Sequence record: NC_007623.1
Strand: one strand, 5' to 3'
Length of the DNA stretch: 64,000 bases
The position numbers were made by a program, and so were the translations under genes. This document shows positions 1 to 9,231 of this stretch, in pieces (the stretch's first letter is position 1; every line of letters begins with the position of its first letter). The notes beneath the pieces were generated by a model. It was given only the letters and a program-made list of their open reading frames with translations, was not told where the DNA came from and did not search any database.

Positions 1-294
1 ATGGGTGTCGCTCCAGGGTTCCCGGATTATGATGTCGAAGCACTGATCGGGGTTATTAACGGACTGCGTAAGGAAGAAGACGACGTCATCGATGACTATG
101 TCTTCCACCGGAATGAGTCGGCTAATTACCGGAATCTGGATGAAGAACTTCAACCGTTTATTAAGCCCGCTGTACGGTTCAATGAGAATAACAAAATCGA
201 AATCAAGTTACTGGGCGGTTGGAAACCTTTTAACCCCGCTGTGTCGGGTTCTGTACGGAGAAAAATGAATGAAGACAAACACTTCACCGCCTGA
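1..294 (+). CDS. hypothetical protein, probably 5'-truncated by the window edge
   Basis: Open frame from base 1; overlaps the start of the next ORF, as expected in an operon. Confidence 0.55.
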   Translation: MGVAPGFPDYDVEALIGVINGLRKEEDDVIDDYVFHRNESANYRNLDEELQPFIKPAVRFNENNKIEIKLLGGWKPFNPAVSGSVRRKMNEDKHFTA

Positions 295-817
295 GTACAT
301 CATCAGTGAGAACGGTGACTGGTTCCATTTCAGTGGGTATTGGGGGGTGTTCTCCCGGTGCTTGTGTCGGATGGGTGGGAAGTTCCATGAGGCTATCGAT
401 GTCTCGTTAACCCCGATTAATGTCTGGCAGTGGGAAAACCTGAAACAGGTTCGTATTCGTAAACACCGCACCGCTGAGACCAATCCCTTTGCCTTTGCCC
501 ATTCGTTCCCCAAAGTGCGTTATGACCACCTGGTAGAAAAAGTGGGGGAGACGGTTGCGCACCTGCTGGTTCACGAGGATCTCTTGGCTGAAATAGACAT
601 GTCGCTGTTTCGCCACATGGATCGTGTGTGGGGATGGGGTGGTGGTGTCCCCTTTATCCTGGTGTGTAAAGAGCGAGACCGTTACCCTGAGCTCCTGGAA
701 CATTGGTTCACTGTATTGGATAACGAATCCGCGTACTTGAAAAGCATGGATGAGGACATGATGCAACGTTATCTCATCCATACTGAAAGCTGTCGGGCTA
801 AAGCCCACTCTCACTAA
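269..817 (+). CDS. hypothetical protein (182 aa)
   Basis: ORF co-directional with neighbours; no recognisable motif. Confidence 0.7.
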   Translation: MKTNTSPPEYIISENGDWFHFSGYWGVFSRCLCRMGGKFHEAIDVSLTPINVWQWENLKQVRIRKHRTAETNPFAFAHSFPKVRYDHLVEKVGETVAHLLVHEDLLAEIDMSLFRHMDRVWGWGGGVPFILVCKERDRYPELLEHWFTVLDNESAYLKSMDEDMMQRYLIHTESCRAKAHSH

Positions 818-888
818 TTCCGAACACCCGCTCCTATTCTTTACCTCGGAATGACAACTCAATCGTTAATGACCTATAAGGAACCTGA

Positions 889-1149
889 ATGACTACCATC
901 AAAGTCCAACAAAAACTGGGTCTGGCTGCTTTTGCTATCCTGTCGGACCAACTGAAAGCAGAAGGTATTCACGTGATTAACCCGGTAGAGGGCGAGGTGG
1001 TTACCGCTGACGATGTGGTTGGTAAAGTCCTGGCTGCCTTCAACCTGGGCAACAAGATTGAAGTGAACGCGGACGTCCCCGCTAGCAATAAAGGGGTGAA
1101 TTACCGGTTCGAACGGATTGGGGGAGCGTACTACCTGGTCCGGAAGTAG
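889..1149 (+). CDS. hypothetical protein (86 aa)
   Basis: AAGGA RBS upstream, biased codons, followed by a terminator hairpin; not GroES-like. Confidence 0.8.
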   Translation: MTTIKVQQKLGLAAFAILSDQLKAEGIHVINPVEGEVVTADDVVGKVLAAFNLGNKIEVNADVPASNKGVNYRFERIGGAYYLVRK

Positions 1150-1160
1150 CTAACGACTCG

Positions 1161-1203
1161 CCCTCCTGCCTTATTGGCAGGAGGGTGTATGTCCTTTATT
1201 TGT
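1161..1203 (+). terminator. intrinsic terminator
   Basis: CCCTCCTGCC-ttatt-GGCAGGAGGG 10-bp stem followed by a T-rich tract. Confidence 0.7.
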
Positions 1204-1215
1204 TATGAGGTGGTT

Positions 1216-1878
1216 ATGTCAAGACAATCGTTGTTGGAATATGGAAGAGGGTGGTTATGCGACCAGGGTGGTGAGGGTAAAGAGGAATGGACCGGGGGTG
1301 ACGCGGTGTTCTACTCCATGAGTGTCAGTCCTTTAGCTTATCCCACCACCACCTTTTGGACGGGTCGTTTCAATATCCACATGGAGAACATCACTGTTCG
1401 GTTACATTCGCACGATAATGATCCTGAATTGGTGTTGTTCTTCAATAAGCTCAATCTACTGGAGCAGGGCGTACGGGAGTATTGCAAGGCGTTCAGAAAG
1501 GTCCTCAATAACCCGAAGAAACCCCTAAAGGAACCCGTCTATAAGCGACAGTGGCTCAACCCTGAGAACATTGAAGCGCCCTTTACGGGGTATTATTTCT
1601 ATTGCATCGATCAGGATAAGGCAGGCCGGTTCTGCGTTGGGGATTGCCACCGGACCATTGTGATGTGGATGGACATTCACCACAATGACGGGAGGGTCTT
1701 TAACAAAGCGTTGTTAGAAGTTCAACTCAGCGCTCTCCAATGCCTGGTGACCTATTTGAAGGAGGCTCAGGTTAAGATCAAGAGTCTTCGTAAGCAATAC
1801 AAGGTCTTAGGTTGGGATAAACCTCAGGAGCTCCAGAGTGACACGTCCTCTGAGGACGTTCTTCCCGATCCCCAGTAG
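1216..1878 (+). CDS. hypothetical protein (220 aa)
   Basis: ATG 1216 with GAGGTGG RBS; the longer start at 1174 lies inside the terminator. Confidence 0.7.
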   Translation: MSRQSLLEYGRGWLCDQGGEGKEEWTGGDAVFYSMSVSPLAYPTTTFWTGRFNIHMENITVRLHSHDNDPELVLFFNKLNLLEQGVREYCKAFRKVLNNPKKPLKEPVYKRQWLNPENIEAPFTGYYFYCIDQDKAGRFCVGDCHRTIVMWMDIHHNDGRVFNKALLEVQLSALQCLVTYLKEAQVKIKSLRKQYKVLGWDKPQELQSDTSSEDVLPDPQ

Positions 1879-1884
1879 AAATTA

Positions 1885-1907
1885 ATAAACCTATATTACT
1901 CAGGTGT
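1885..1907 (+). promoter_or_regulatory. phage early promoter (TATATTAC core) upstream of the chaperonin
   Basis: ataaaccTATATTACtcaggtgt; TATATTAC is the phiKZ early-promoter core. Confidence 0.7.
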
Positions 1908-1942
1908 AATGCAATTAGGTATGGTTTAACAGGAGTACGAAG

Positions 1943-3619
1943 ATGTCTCAAACGCTACTGGTACATGGTAAAGATGCCCAAGGAATCATTAAACAGGTCT
2001 TGAGTGAGGTGTATGACGCCGTCACTTCGACCATGGGTCCGAATGGTCAGTTGGTGATGATCAAGAATGGGGTCTCCACCAAGACCACCAAGGATGGGGT
2101 GACGGTAGCCCGTTCCATTCGCTTTGCAGATGAAGCCCATGAATTGGTGAACCGGGTAATTACCGAGCCGGCTACGAAGACCGATGAGGAATGCGGGGAT
2201 GGCACTACCACCACCATCATGCTGACCCATGCGCTCTATCACCTGTTCAAGGACTTCCCAGGTTTCCAACACCACCGGAACATTGAAGACTTGGTAGAGC
2301 GGGTTATCCAACGTTTGGAATCCATGGCGATTCGGGTGGAAGTGGATGACCCTCGGTTGTATCAAGTGGCCCTGACCTCGTCTAACCAGGATGAAAAGCT
2401 CGCCCGACTGGTTAGTGAGCTCTATGCGAATAACAAAGGGAGTTATCCGGATATTGAACTCAAGGAAGGGGTCAACTTCGAAGACCAGATCGAACAAACT
2501 ACAGGGCGCACTATCCGTATGTTCTACGCGAATCCCTGGTTTGCGAAAGGCCACCAAGGGGGTGTGACAGAATTGACGGGGTTTACGGCGTTCGTTATCG
2601 ATCGTCGGATTGACAAGGAAGACACCCAGAAGTTGATTGATGGGGTGAATCACCTTGTGAAAACTCACAAACAACACCTGGCCCTTCCCATCCTGCTGAT
2701 TGCACGAAGTTTCGAAGAAGCCGCTAACTCGACCCTGATGCAATTGAATGCGGCGCACCCAACCCTGGTAGAAGACGGACGTCCTTGGTTAATCCCGTTG
2801 AGTACGCCGGTAGGTGGTGCAATTGGGACCTCTGAACTGCAAGACATCGCGGTCATGCTGAACGCCCCTATGCTCAGTGACGTAGCGGACCTGACCAAGT
2901 TGGATACCCATTCGATCAATGGCCAACACGGCCAACTGGAACTGGGGGGCAATCGGTCTATCCTGAAGAGTACCACACCTAAGGATGAAGACCGGATCGA
3001 ACAACATGCTCGGGGTATTGAGGAACTGTTGGAGGGGTTTAGCCTCAGCGATAAGTTCTCTGTACGCGCCCGGTACAACGAACGGCGTATTCGGACCCTA
3101 CGGGGTAAGTTGATCACCATTTCCGTAGGCGGCGAAACCTATTCTGAAGTCAAGGAACGGGTAGACCGGTACGAGGATGTGGTGAAAGCCATTCGTTCCG
3201 CCTTGGAGAACGGCATCCTTCCTGGCGGTGGCGTATCCCTGGTTAAGGCGGTCTTCGGTACGATCAAGGAAGGCCTCGAAGATAAAGACCAGAGCGCTGA
3301 GTTTGCTAAGCGGTATATCAACTCAGGCATTGCCAATGAGTTGATGCGACTGTCCACTATTCAGCATAAGCTGTTGTTCAAGGACACGGCGCTGTATAAG
3401 GAAAATGGGAGTTTCCATTTTAATGATGATTGGCTCAATACACCGACCGTCATGAATCTGGCAACTGGTGAGATTGGTACCCCGGAGGGATTGGGTATTT
3501 ATGACACCGCGTATGCCTCTATCACTGCGCTGAAAGGCGGACTCCAAACCGCTAAGATCTTGGCCACTACGAAGACACTGATCCTAGGGGAGAAGTTGTC
3601 GGCGGTTAAGGTGCGGTAA
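1943..3619 (+). CDS. groEL: GroEL-like phage chaperonin (558 aa; resembles phage EL gp146)
   Basis: STMGPNG, TKDGVTVA, GDGTTT, VGGETYSEVKERVDRYEDVVKAIRSALENGILPGGG motifs; lacks the GGM C-terminal tail. Confidence 0.98.
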   Translation: MSQTLLVHGKDAQGIIKQVLSEVYDAVTSTMGPNGQLVMIKNGVSTKTTKDGVTVARSIRFADEAHELVNRVITEPATKTDEECGDGTTTTIMLTHALYHLFKDFPGFQHHRNIEDLVERVIQRLESMAIRVEVDDPRLYQVALTSSNQDEKLARLVSELYANNKGSYPDIELKEGVNFEDQIEQTTGRTIRMFYANPWFAKGHQGGVTELTGFTAFVIDRRIDKEDTQKLIDGVNHLVKTHKQHLALPILLIARSFEEAANSTLMQLNAAHPTLVEDGRPWLIPLSTPVGGAIGTSELQDIAVMLNAPMLSDVADLTKLDTHSINGQHGQLELGGNRSILKSTTPKDEDRIEQHARGIEELLEGFSLSDKFSVRARYNERRIRTLRGKLITISVGGETYSEVKERVDRYEDVVKAIRSALENGILPGGGVSLVKAVFGTIKEGLEDKDQSAEFAKRYINSGIANELMRLSTIQHKLLFKDTALYKENGSFHFNDDWLNTPTVMNLATGEIGTPEGLGIYDTAYASITALKGGLQTAKILATTKTLILGEKLSAVKVR

Positions 3620-3628
3620 GGGGTTTGT

Positions 3629-3670
3629 AAAGGAGTAGGGGGAAGACCCCTACTCCTTTATTTTTTTTTT
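3629..3670 (+). terminator. intrinsic terminator after groEL
   Basis: AAAGGAGTAGGGG-gaaga-CCCCTACTCCTTT plus poly-T. Confidence 0.9.
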
Positions 3671-3781
3671 AAGGAAATCGATGGATGACGAAGCATTTGA
3701 AGGAGGTAGACATCCTATGCAGTGAGTCTTGTAACTTCTTTTGACTTACTCCCATTGGACCACCTTTAAGAGGATAAAGCA

Positions 3782-4411
3782 ATGGCTTCAAACCTTCCAA
3801 TCCAAACGATCTTCCTCGACAAATTCGTCGAGTTCAACAAAGACCGCTACAAAGACCAGGCGGAAATGCTCGCCCTCTTTGACGGCCTGACCCTCGCGGA
3901 CATCACGATCTCCGACATCACCGCCGACGGCGCCAACCCCGAGCTGCAAAGCGCCACGGTCACCTCTGTGAGCCGCAACTTCAAAGGTGTCGAACAAAAA
4001 TGGCTCCCGGCGAACATCAACACTCCGTTCGCCTTCGTGGTGGTGAACAAAGGCGCTCCCCTGACCGGCGAAGACCAACTGGCCGAGCAGACCACCCCGG
4101 GTGCCTACGTTTACCTGGTCGGTGAAGGCGAAGAAGCGGTTCAACGCGTGGGCCTGGTGCTGGCTTCCACCACCACCACTGAAACCCAAGCCGCCGACGC
4201 CCTGGCGCTGTTCAAGGCCAACTTCGAATACGTCCTGGACGACGCCGATGTCGATACTGCCACCGCCAAGGTGCTCAAGGTAACCACCAACCCGTTCACC
4301 CGCGGCGAGCTCGTGTACGAAATTGGTAAGGCTCCGATCATCGAGATTCCGGAAACTGACTACGGTCGTCTGGAATTCAAAGAAATCGTTCAACCCGAAC
4401 CCCAACCGTAA
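3782..4411 (+). CDS. probable abundant virion/tail-associated protein, paralogue of 16098..16691
   Basis: AAGAGG RBS, strongly C-ending codons; N-terminus FLDKFVEFNKDRY matches FLERFIAFNKERY of the other ORF. Confidence 0.75.
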   Translation: MASNLPIQTIFLDKFVEFNKDRYKDQAEMLALFDGLTLADITISDITADGANPELQSATVTSVSRNFKGVEQKWLPANINTPFAFVVVNKGAPLTGEDQLAEQTTPGAYVYLVGEGEEAVQRVGLVLASTTTTETQAADALALFKANFEYVLDDADVDTATAKVLKVTTNPFTRGELVYEIGKAPIIEIPETDYGRLEFKEIVQPEPQP

Positions 4412-4418
4412 GCTAGAT

Positions 4419-4450
4419 AACTACCAAGTGGGCTAGCCCACTTGGTAGTT
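4419..4450 (+). terminator. hairpin terminator
   Basis: Perfect 14-bp stem AACTACCAAGTGGG-ctag-CCCACTTGGTAGTT just after the stop codon. Confidence 0.75.
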
Positions 4451-4487
4451 TACCTCTCTTCGTACCTCATTTCAATTCCAGTGAATT

Positions 4488-4510
4488 TCAAATCTACATC
4501 ATCAGTGTGA
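4488..4510 (+). promoter_or_regulatory. variant of the 23-nt early-promoter motif
   Basis: tcaaatcTACATCATcagtgtga aligns with tcaagtcTATATTACttgggtga. Confidence 0.5.
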
Positions 4511-4566
4511 GCCAGGGGCAATAAAAGTTCACGGATGAATGAATTCTCTTGCAACTGGTGCTTTAA

Positions 4567-5148
4567 ATGTCATTAGGAATATTCACCATGAGTATGAGTA
4601 CTGCTAAAAGGGGTAACTTTTCTACGTCCCCCGGCAAGGAAGACGATGATCTTCCTCTGCACGAGATCCGGGATGCCTTTAATCCCGCGTTTGTGAAAAC
4701 GTTTGACAAACTGGGCCTCGACCCACAATTGATCAAAGAGTTTATTTACGCGCTTGATCTGCTCGACAACATCGTTAAGACCCCCAACTTCGTATCGGGC
4801 AGAATTCTGAATAACCGAGATATCGAAGCGTACGGCGAAGAAGCGGTCTTCGCGTTCAACCGGAATAACAATATCCCGTACTACTACGTGCGGTTGGGTA
4901 TTACCGTGTCGGAAACGGTGTACAAATTGCAGGACGAGTTTCTGGAACGTGATTATCCCAAAACGATCCTGAGTATTCTCCGCCCCATGCGCACGCCCGG
5001 TATTGACGTGACCGTAGACGGCCATCCTTACAACGTAGGGATTACCTTCAAAACGCCTCATCCTTTGTTCGGTTTGGTGAATTACCAAGATCTCCGGACT
5101 GGGATGAACACTTCAGTCCCCTTCCTACTCACTCGGGTGGGACTTTGA
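4567..5148 (+). CDS. hypothetical protein (193 aa)
   Basis: ORF between the promoter-like motif and a hairpin; start codon uncertain. Confidence 0.75.
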   Translation: MSLGIFTMSMSTAKRGNFSTSPGKEDDDLPLHEIRDAFNPAFVKTFDKLGLDPQLIKEFIYALDLLDNIVKTPNFVSGRILNNRDIEAYGEEAVFAFNRNNNIPYYYVRLGITVSETVYKLQDEFLERDYPKTILSILRPMRTPGIDVTVDGHPYNVGITFKTPHPLFGLVNYQDLRTGMNTSVPFLLTRVGL

Positions 5149-5152
5149 TCCT

Positions 5153-5195
5153 CTACCTGCTCCACTGGGCTTAACGCTCCGGTGGAGCGGGGTAG
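5153..5195 (+). terminator. imperfect hairpin/terminator
   Basis: CTACCTGCTCCACTGG...CCGGTGGAGCGGGGTAG with G-U pairs. Confidence 0.5.
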
Positions 5196-5248
5196 GGGTT
5201 ATTACCGCTTTAAATTTTTCAATACACCAACCCAAAAAGGTAATAACC

Positions 5249-6133
5249 ATGCCGAAGAATGAGAACAATCCTGATAAACAAGGTCTTACGTCTATCTCTG
5301 ATGAAGACTTGGATAAGGCACTCAACGAACTGGACAACGCAGGGGAAGACGTAACTCCGGTGTCCGAAGAGACCACTACGCGGCATCCGGGTACGTCGGA
5401 TATCCTCAACCGCTATTCACATCCCGCCCTTCAGCCGAAGAAGGGAACCCCTGAATACATCGAGTGGAAAGCCGCTCTCAAACAGAAGGAGGACCGATTA
5501 GTGGAATCCTTGAAGACTTCGGTGACCCAGGAACATGAAGAGAATGTCCTGAAAGGGAATACCCTGGGTACTAAACCGAAGACCAAGCAGGTAGAAGGCC
5601 TGTTGGAGATGGTGGTTCGTAAGAAGGCTGAACTCACCCAAGAAGACACCGTAGACGCCGCAGAACGCGCATTGGCAGCGCTGAAGCGGGTGCGGGAATA
5701 TAACCGTAAGAAACGTATTCGACTGTGGTGTATTGTTGTCGGGCTCTTGGTGGTTGTGGGAAGTGGTCTCTATGGGGGGTGGATGTTCGTCCAGAAACAA
5801 ATGCTCACCGGTCATTACACCGTGGTCGCGGAGTGCAAAGTCCCTTACGGGGATTTTGAAATTACCGGTAAGCGGTACTACCGCTACGCGTATCAATCGA
5901 TTCTGGGTTACCACCTCGTGGATGAGGGTACGGTCGAAGAAGTCACCGAAGTCAAACTCCCTGGGGATAAAATCATTATCCTGGGATTCGATGCGAGTAA
6001 AGGGAACTGGTGGCGGATGAACTATGACCGGGGAGAATTCGGTACCGTTAAACTCAAACCTACAGATAAGTACTGGTTCGTCGGCGAGAAAGACCGTACC
6101 ACCCTGGTACCTTATCACTCGTTCTGCCATTAA
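5249..6133 (+). CDS. single-pass membrane protein (294 aa)
   Basis: Charged/coiled N-terminus, basic RKKRIR then hydrophobic LWCIVVGLLVVVGSGLYGGWMFV. Confidence 0.8.
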   Translation: MPKNENNPDKQGLTSISDEDLDKALNELDNAGEDVTPVSEETTTRHPGTSDILNRYSHPALQPKKGTPEYIEWKAALKQKEDRLVESLKTSVTQEHEENVLKGNTLGTKPKTKQVEGLLEMVVRKKAELTQEDTVDAAERALAALKRVREYNRKKRIRLWCIVVGLLVVVGSGLYGGWMFVQKQMLTGHYTVVAECKVPYGDFEITGKRYYRYAYQSILGYHLVDEGTVEEVTEVKLPGDKIIILGFDASKGNWWRMNYDRGEFGTVKLKPTDKYWFVGEKDRTTLVPYHSFCH

Positions 6134-6162
6134 ACGGTAACCTTACCGAGGGAGTCAATCCC

Positions 6163-6741
6163 ATGCTGAATACTTCAGACCAACCTGTGGGTCTCTTGTC
6201 CAGTCGATTGTACATCGATCCCAACGATGGTTCTTTCTTTACCGGTCATTTGGAAAAGTCCCACAAGAAACGGTGTCACTTAGTACGCCACAAGCTCCAA
6301 TACGCGATCCGGTATTATTCATCCGTTAAACTGCCCGAGGGGTGGTTGGTGGGGATCAGTGACCGGGAGGCAAGCCGGTATTACTTCTTCCCTACCCAGG
6401 GAAAACGGAGGAGTATTCTGGTTCCTTTACCCAGTACAGCGTACCGAGAGATCTGGTTTAACCTGTTTAAAGGGATCTGGATGACTGGTACCCGGGAGGC
6501 TATCTACCTGCACAGTGTGGCGTATCCCCATCTCATGGAGCTCTTGAACGAATCCTTAGTCCCCAGAGTGATTTCTGTTGAAGGTGAATGGAAAGGGGAA
6601 GGGTATATTGCGTCTCTGGAATGGAAGCCTGAAAAACCCGGTCGGTTGATCGTAACAACGACCTTGGATAATGCTAAAGACCACAGTGTTCCGATCCAAT
6701 GGCATCCCATCGATGCGGTGGTTCGTCTCATCCGAAAGTAA
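6163..6741 (+). CDS. hypothetical protein (192 aa)
   Basis: GAGGGAG RBS; operon context. Confidence 0.75.
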   Translation: MLNTSDQPVGLLSSRLYIDPNDGSFFTGHLEKSHKKRCHLVRHKLQYAIRYYSSVKLPEGWLVGISDREASRYYFFPTQGKRRSILVPLPSTAYREIWFNLFKGIWMTGTREAIYLHSVAYPHLMELLNESLVPRVISVEGEWKGEGYIASLEWKPEKPGRLIVTTTLDNAKDHSVPIQWHPIDAVVRLIRK

Positions 6742-6753
6742 GAGGATTACATC

Positions 6754-7617
6754 ATGAAAGAAGAAAACCAGAAGAAGACCAACAGTTTCCAAGGTGGCGA
6801 TGTTCGGGTAGTGTCTTCTAAGACGCATCCCGGTAAATCGAAATTCCTCCCGGTAAACCTCATGGGACCGGATACGATCGAGAACCCTGACCAACTGGTC
6901 CTCCAAGTTCATCACCGTCTGACCGAAGGCCAGAAAGCGTTCTACCACACCCTGGAAACCTACGGGCTGTGTAAGGCCTACAGTTCGTCACCCGATCCCC
7001 GTACGTTGGTGATCAACATCGCTACCGGTCTTCCCCACACCAAGGAAGAGAAAGACGCTCCTCGCCGCAGCATCGAGCTGGACGCCGGCATTATCCTCTA
7101 TGCGGTTATCAGCGAACGGGAGGGTGGGGCCTTCAAAATCGTCATCGTGGGAACCGCTACCCATACGTCTTATTTGGTGATCCGTGAGGACGTTGCCTTC
7201 TCGTTTATCATCGATAAGGTGTCTTTGTCGGTTCAGGATGCGGTAGTCGCCCTGTACGCCAGCAACCTCAGCAAAGGTCGAGGGCTCTTCGAGAACACCG
7301 CTAAACACCTTCCGGACTTCTTCTACAAGCTGTTTAAAGCGGTCTTCCCGGAAATGGTTCGTCTGGAATTCACGATCACTCACATTCATGAAGACAGTGT
7401 TCGCGTTGCGCTGTACTGGGATCCTAGGGGACCTAACAAGAATCTCATTGCCTGCAATGGGTTTGTCTTCCCGTTGGACATTTCCCAGTTCCCGGGTAAA
7501 CAAATCTCCCGGGGGTATAACCTCCAGAAGAAAGAAACCCGTCATGTCGCTCACAAACAAAAGACATCTGACCTGTCAGTCAATACCCAGCGTCTGTTGG
7601 AAAAGTTCTCGAAATAG
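6754..7617 (+). CDS. hypothetical protein (287 aa)
   Basis: GAGGA RBS; operon context. Confidence 0.8.
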   Translation: MKEENQKKTNSFQGGDVRVVSSKTHPGKSKFLPVNLMGPDTIENPDQLVLQVHHRLTEGQKAFYHTLETYGLCKAYSSSPDPRTLVINIATGLPHTKEEKDAPRRSIELDAGIILYAVISEREGGAFKIVIVGTATHTSYLVIREDVAFSFIIDKVSLSVQDAVVALYASNLSKGRGLFENTAKHLPDFFYKLFKAVFPEMVRLEFTITHIHEDSVRVALYWDPRGPNKNLIACNGFVFPLDISQFPGKQISRGYNLQKKETRHVAHKQKTSDLSVNTQRLLEKFSK

Positions 7618-7628
7618 TCTGTGAGTAC

Positions 7629-7654
7629 GAGGTGGGGGGTAACACCCCTACCTC
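7629..7654 (+). terminator. hairpin
   Basis: GAGGTGGGGGGT-aac-ACCCCTACCTC. Confidence 0.55.
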
Positions 7655-7700
7655 TACCTATGCTGTAACGCGCTGTAACACCCTTTAAAGAGTTTTTAAC

Positions 7701-8201
7701 ATGAAAGGTACCCTACCCCATTACCAGATCAGAATTATCGCTAGAAGTGCCTTTACAGACGATTTAAAGGAGAGACTCAAACCACTGTATGAAAACCTCT
7801 TTCACCACGAACTCCATCTCGTCATTGGTACTAAAACAACCCGTAAGCTGTTTAAACCCTCCGCCCGTAAAAATCCCCACCCCTCCGTTATTGAGAAACG
7901 GTACGAAGACTTCTTCAAAGTAACCGACAAGATAGTACTCGTTACTCACTTGGGAGAAGCCGTGGGATATCTGGCGGTGGTTAAGAACAAGATCACCTCA
8001 CTCTTTGTTGAAGAAGACTTCCGGAAGCTAGGCTTAGGGCGGATCATGGTGTCCAAGTTACAACGGGGTGGACATCCTGTGAACCGGTTCCTCTACGTTC
8101 AATGCTTTACCCAGAATACAGCTGGTATCAACTTCTACCGGAAAGTTGGGTTTAAGGAAATTGACAGAGGAGAGATCTACACGGTTTTGTTAATGGAATA
8201 A
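7701..8201 (+). CDS. GNAT-family acetyltransferase
   Basis: Motif A ITSLFVEEDFRKLGLGR (Q/RxxGxG) and motif B NTAGINFYRKVGF. Confidence 0.85.
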   Translation: MKGTLPHYQIRIIARSAFTDDLKERLKPLYENLFHHELHLVIGTKTTRKLFKPSARKNPHPSVIEKRYEDFFKVTDKIVLVTHLGEAVGYLAVVKNKITSLFVEEDFRKLGLGRIMVSKLQRGGHPVNRFLYVQCFTQNTAGINFYRKVGFKEIDRGEIYTVLLME

Positions 8202-8209
8202 ACACCGTA

Positions 8210-8239
8210 CTAGGAGTAGCCCATAAGGGCTACTCCTAG
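8210..8239. terminator. bidirectional terminator between convergent genes
   Basis: 13-bp stem CTAGGAGTAGCCC-ataa-GGGCTACTCCTAG. Confidence 0.8.
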
Positions 8240-8259
8240 GGGTGTATTTTATTTTTGTT

Positions 8260-9186
8260 TCAAAAGAAGCGGTAGATATCACGGTAGCGTCCTGCTTGGT
8301 AGTAATCTCCTGATCCAATGGTGGAGGAATTAACACCCCCTACCAGGTAAATCCCACTGTCATCCGTGAGCATCTCAAAGGCATACCGTTTAGTTACCGT
8401 GGTCATTTGCTTGTACCAACGGTCTTTCAGTATGTCGTAAATATGGAACACGATGTAACCGTTTTCAACACCACAGAGAATCAGGAACTGTTTCCACGAA
8501 GTCCCCCCAGTCCAACTACTGGCAATAGGTGCTTCTGTTACCGTTCTCCAGGTGTTGGTAACGGGATCGTATTCCCTGACCAATCTTGACGTACCCGCGG
8601 GGTCGTTCCATCCCCCGAATACATAGATCTTTCCATTGAACTGTCCGATGTAATGCCCATTGAGCGCCATCGGCATATCCGCTTTACGGGTCCAGACGTT
8701 GGTGGTGGTGTCATACTGGTGGTTGAGGGCTGTGGGTTTATTGGTACTCCCCATGTAACCCCCCATGCAGAAGATCGTCTTATCATCCAGGGTAATACAC
8801 CGACCTTGTCCTCGGGCTCCATCCGGGAGGTTATTCAAGTTCGTTGAAGACCCTGTTGAAGGATTCAATTTCCACACGTGACTCACATAGTTCCCATTAT
8901 TACCGGTAATACCCCAGAAGGAACTGTTGCAGTAACACCCGCCACTCCAGGCCCATACGGAGATATTCCCGGTAGTGGCCCACGTACGGGTGGTAAAGTC
9001 ATAACGGGTATACGTCTGTTGTTGACCCCCACCGGCAAACTGACCTCCGAAGATATGAATCTTCCCTCCACCGATACCCGCACTGAAGTTAGCAATACCG
9101 TTGAAAGGAACTTGAGTCACCCATTCCATTCGTCCCAGAATGTAGGGGTTATCATCAGAAAGGGTAAATAGTTGACTCTCTAACAT
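8260..9186 (-). CDS. Kelch-repeat beta-propeller protein, probably tail-associated
   Basis: About 6 Kelch blades: KIHIFGG, TIFCMGG, KIYVFGG, IYLVGG with YD...W motifs. Confidence 0.85.
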   Translation of the reverse strand: MLESQLFTLSDDNPYILGRMEWVTQVPFNGIANFSAGIGGGKIHIFGGQFAGGGQQQTYTRYDFTTRTWATTGNISVWAWSGGCYCNSSFWGITGNNGNYVSHVWKLNPSTGSSTNLNNLPDGARGQGRCITLDDKTIFCMGGYMGSTNKPTALNHQYDTTTNVWTRKADMPMALNGHYIGQFNGKIYVFGGWNDPAGTSRLVREYDPVTNTWRTVTEAPIASSWTGGTSWKQFLILCGVENGYIVFHIYDILKDRWYKQMTTVTKRYAFEMLTDDSGIYLVGGVNSSTIGSGDYYQAGRYRDIYRFF

Positions 9187-9199
9187 GAAGCCGCTCCTA

Positions 9200-9224
9200 A
9201 AGAGAGGGAGTTAATCCCTCTCTT
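9200..9224. terminator. hairpin
   Basis: AAGAGAGGGA-gttaa-TCCCTCTCTT. Confidence 0.55.
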
Positions 9225-9231
9225 ACTGATT

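Noticed and set aside
889-1149. 86-aa ORF near groEL as a possible GroES
   Set aside because: No PLxDRV start, mobile loop or other Cpn10 pattern; separated from groEL by a terminator and another gene
1174-1215. Longer start for the 1216..1878 gene
   Set aside because: It lies inside the terminator hairpin and lacks an RBS; similar over-extended starts were trimmed at 16946, 19008, 23209, 26397, 34885, 38490 and 59950
3788-4405. 205-aa antisense ORF, and similar shadows at 1955, 13330, 17377, 29614 and 44829
   Set aside because: Mirror frames of well-supported genes with C-ending codons
3714-7662. CCTATG motifs upstream of several genes as late promoters
   Set aside because: A 4-nt TATG core occurs too often by chance to call without start-site data; kept only at 47636, where the hairpin context supports it
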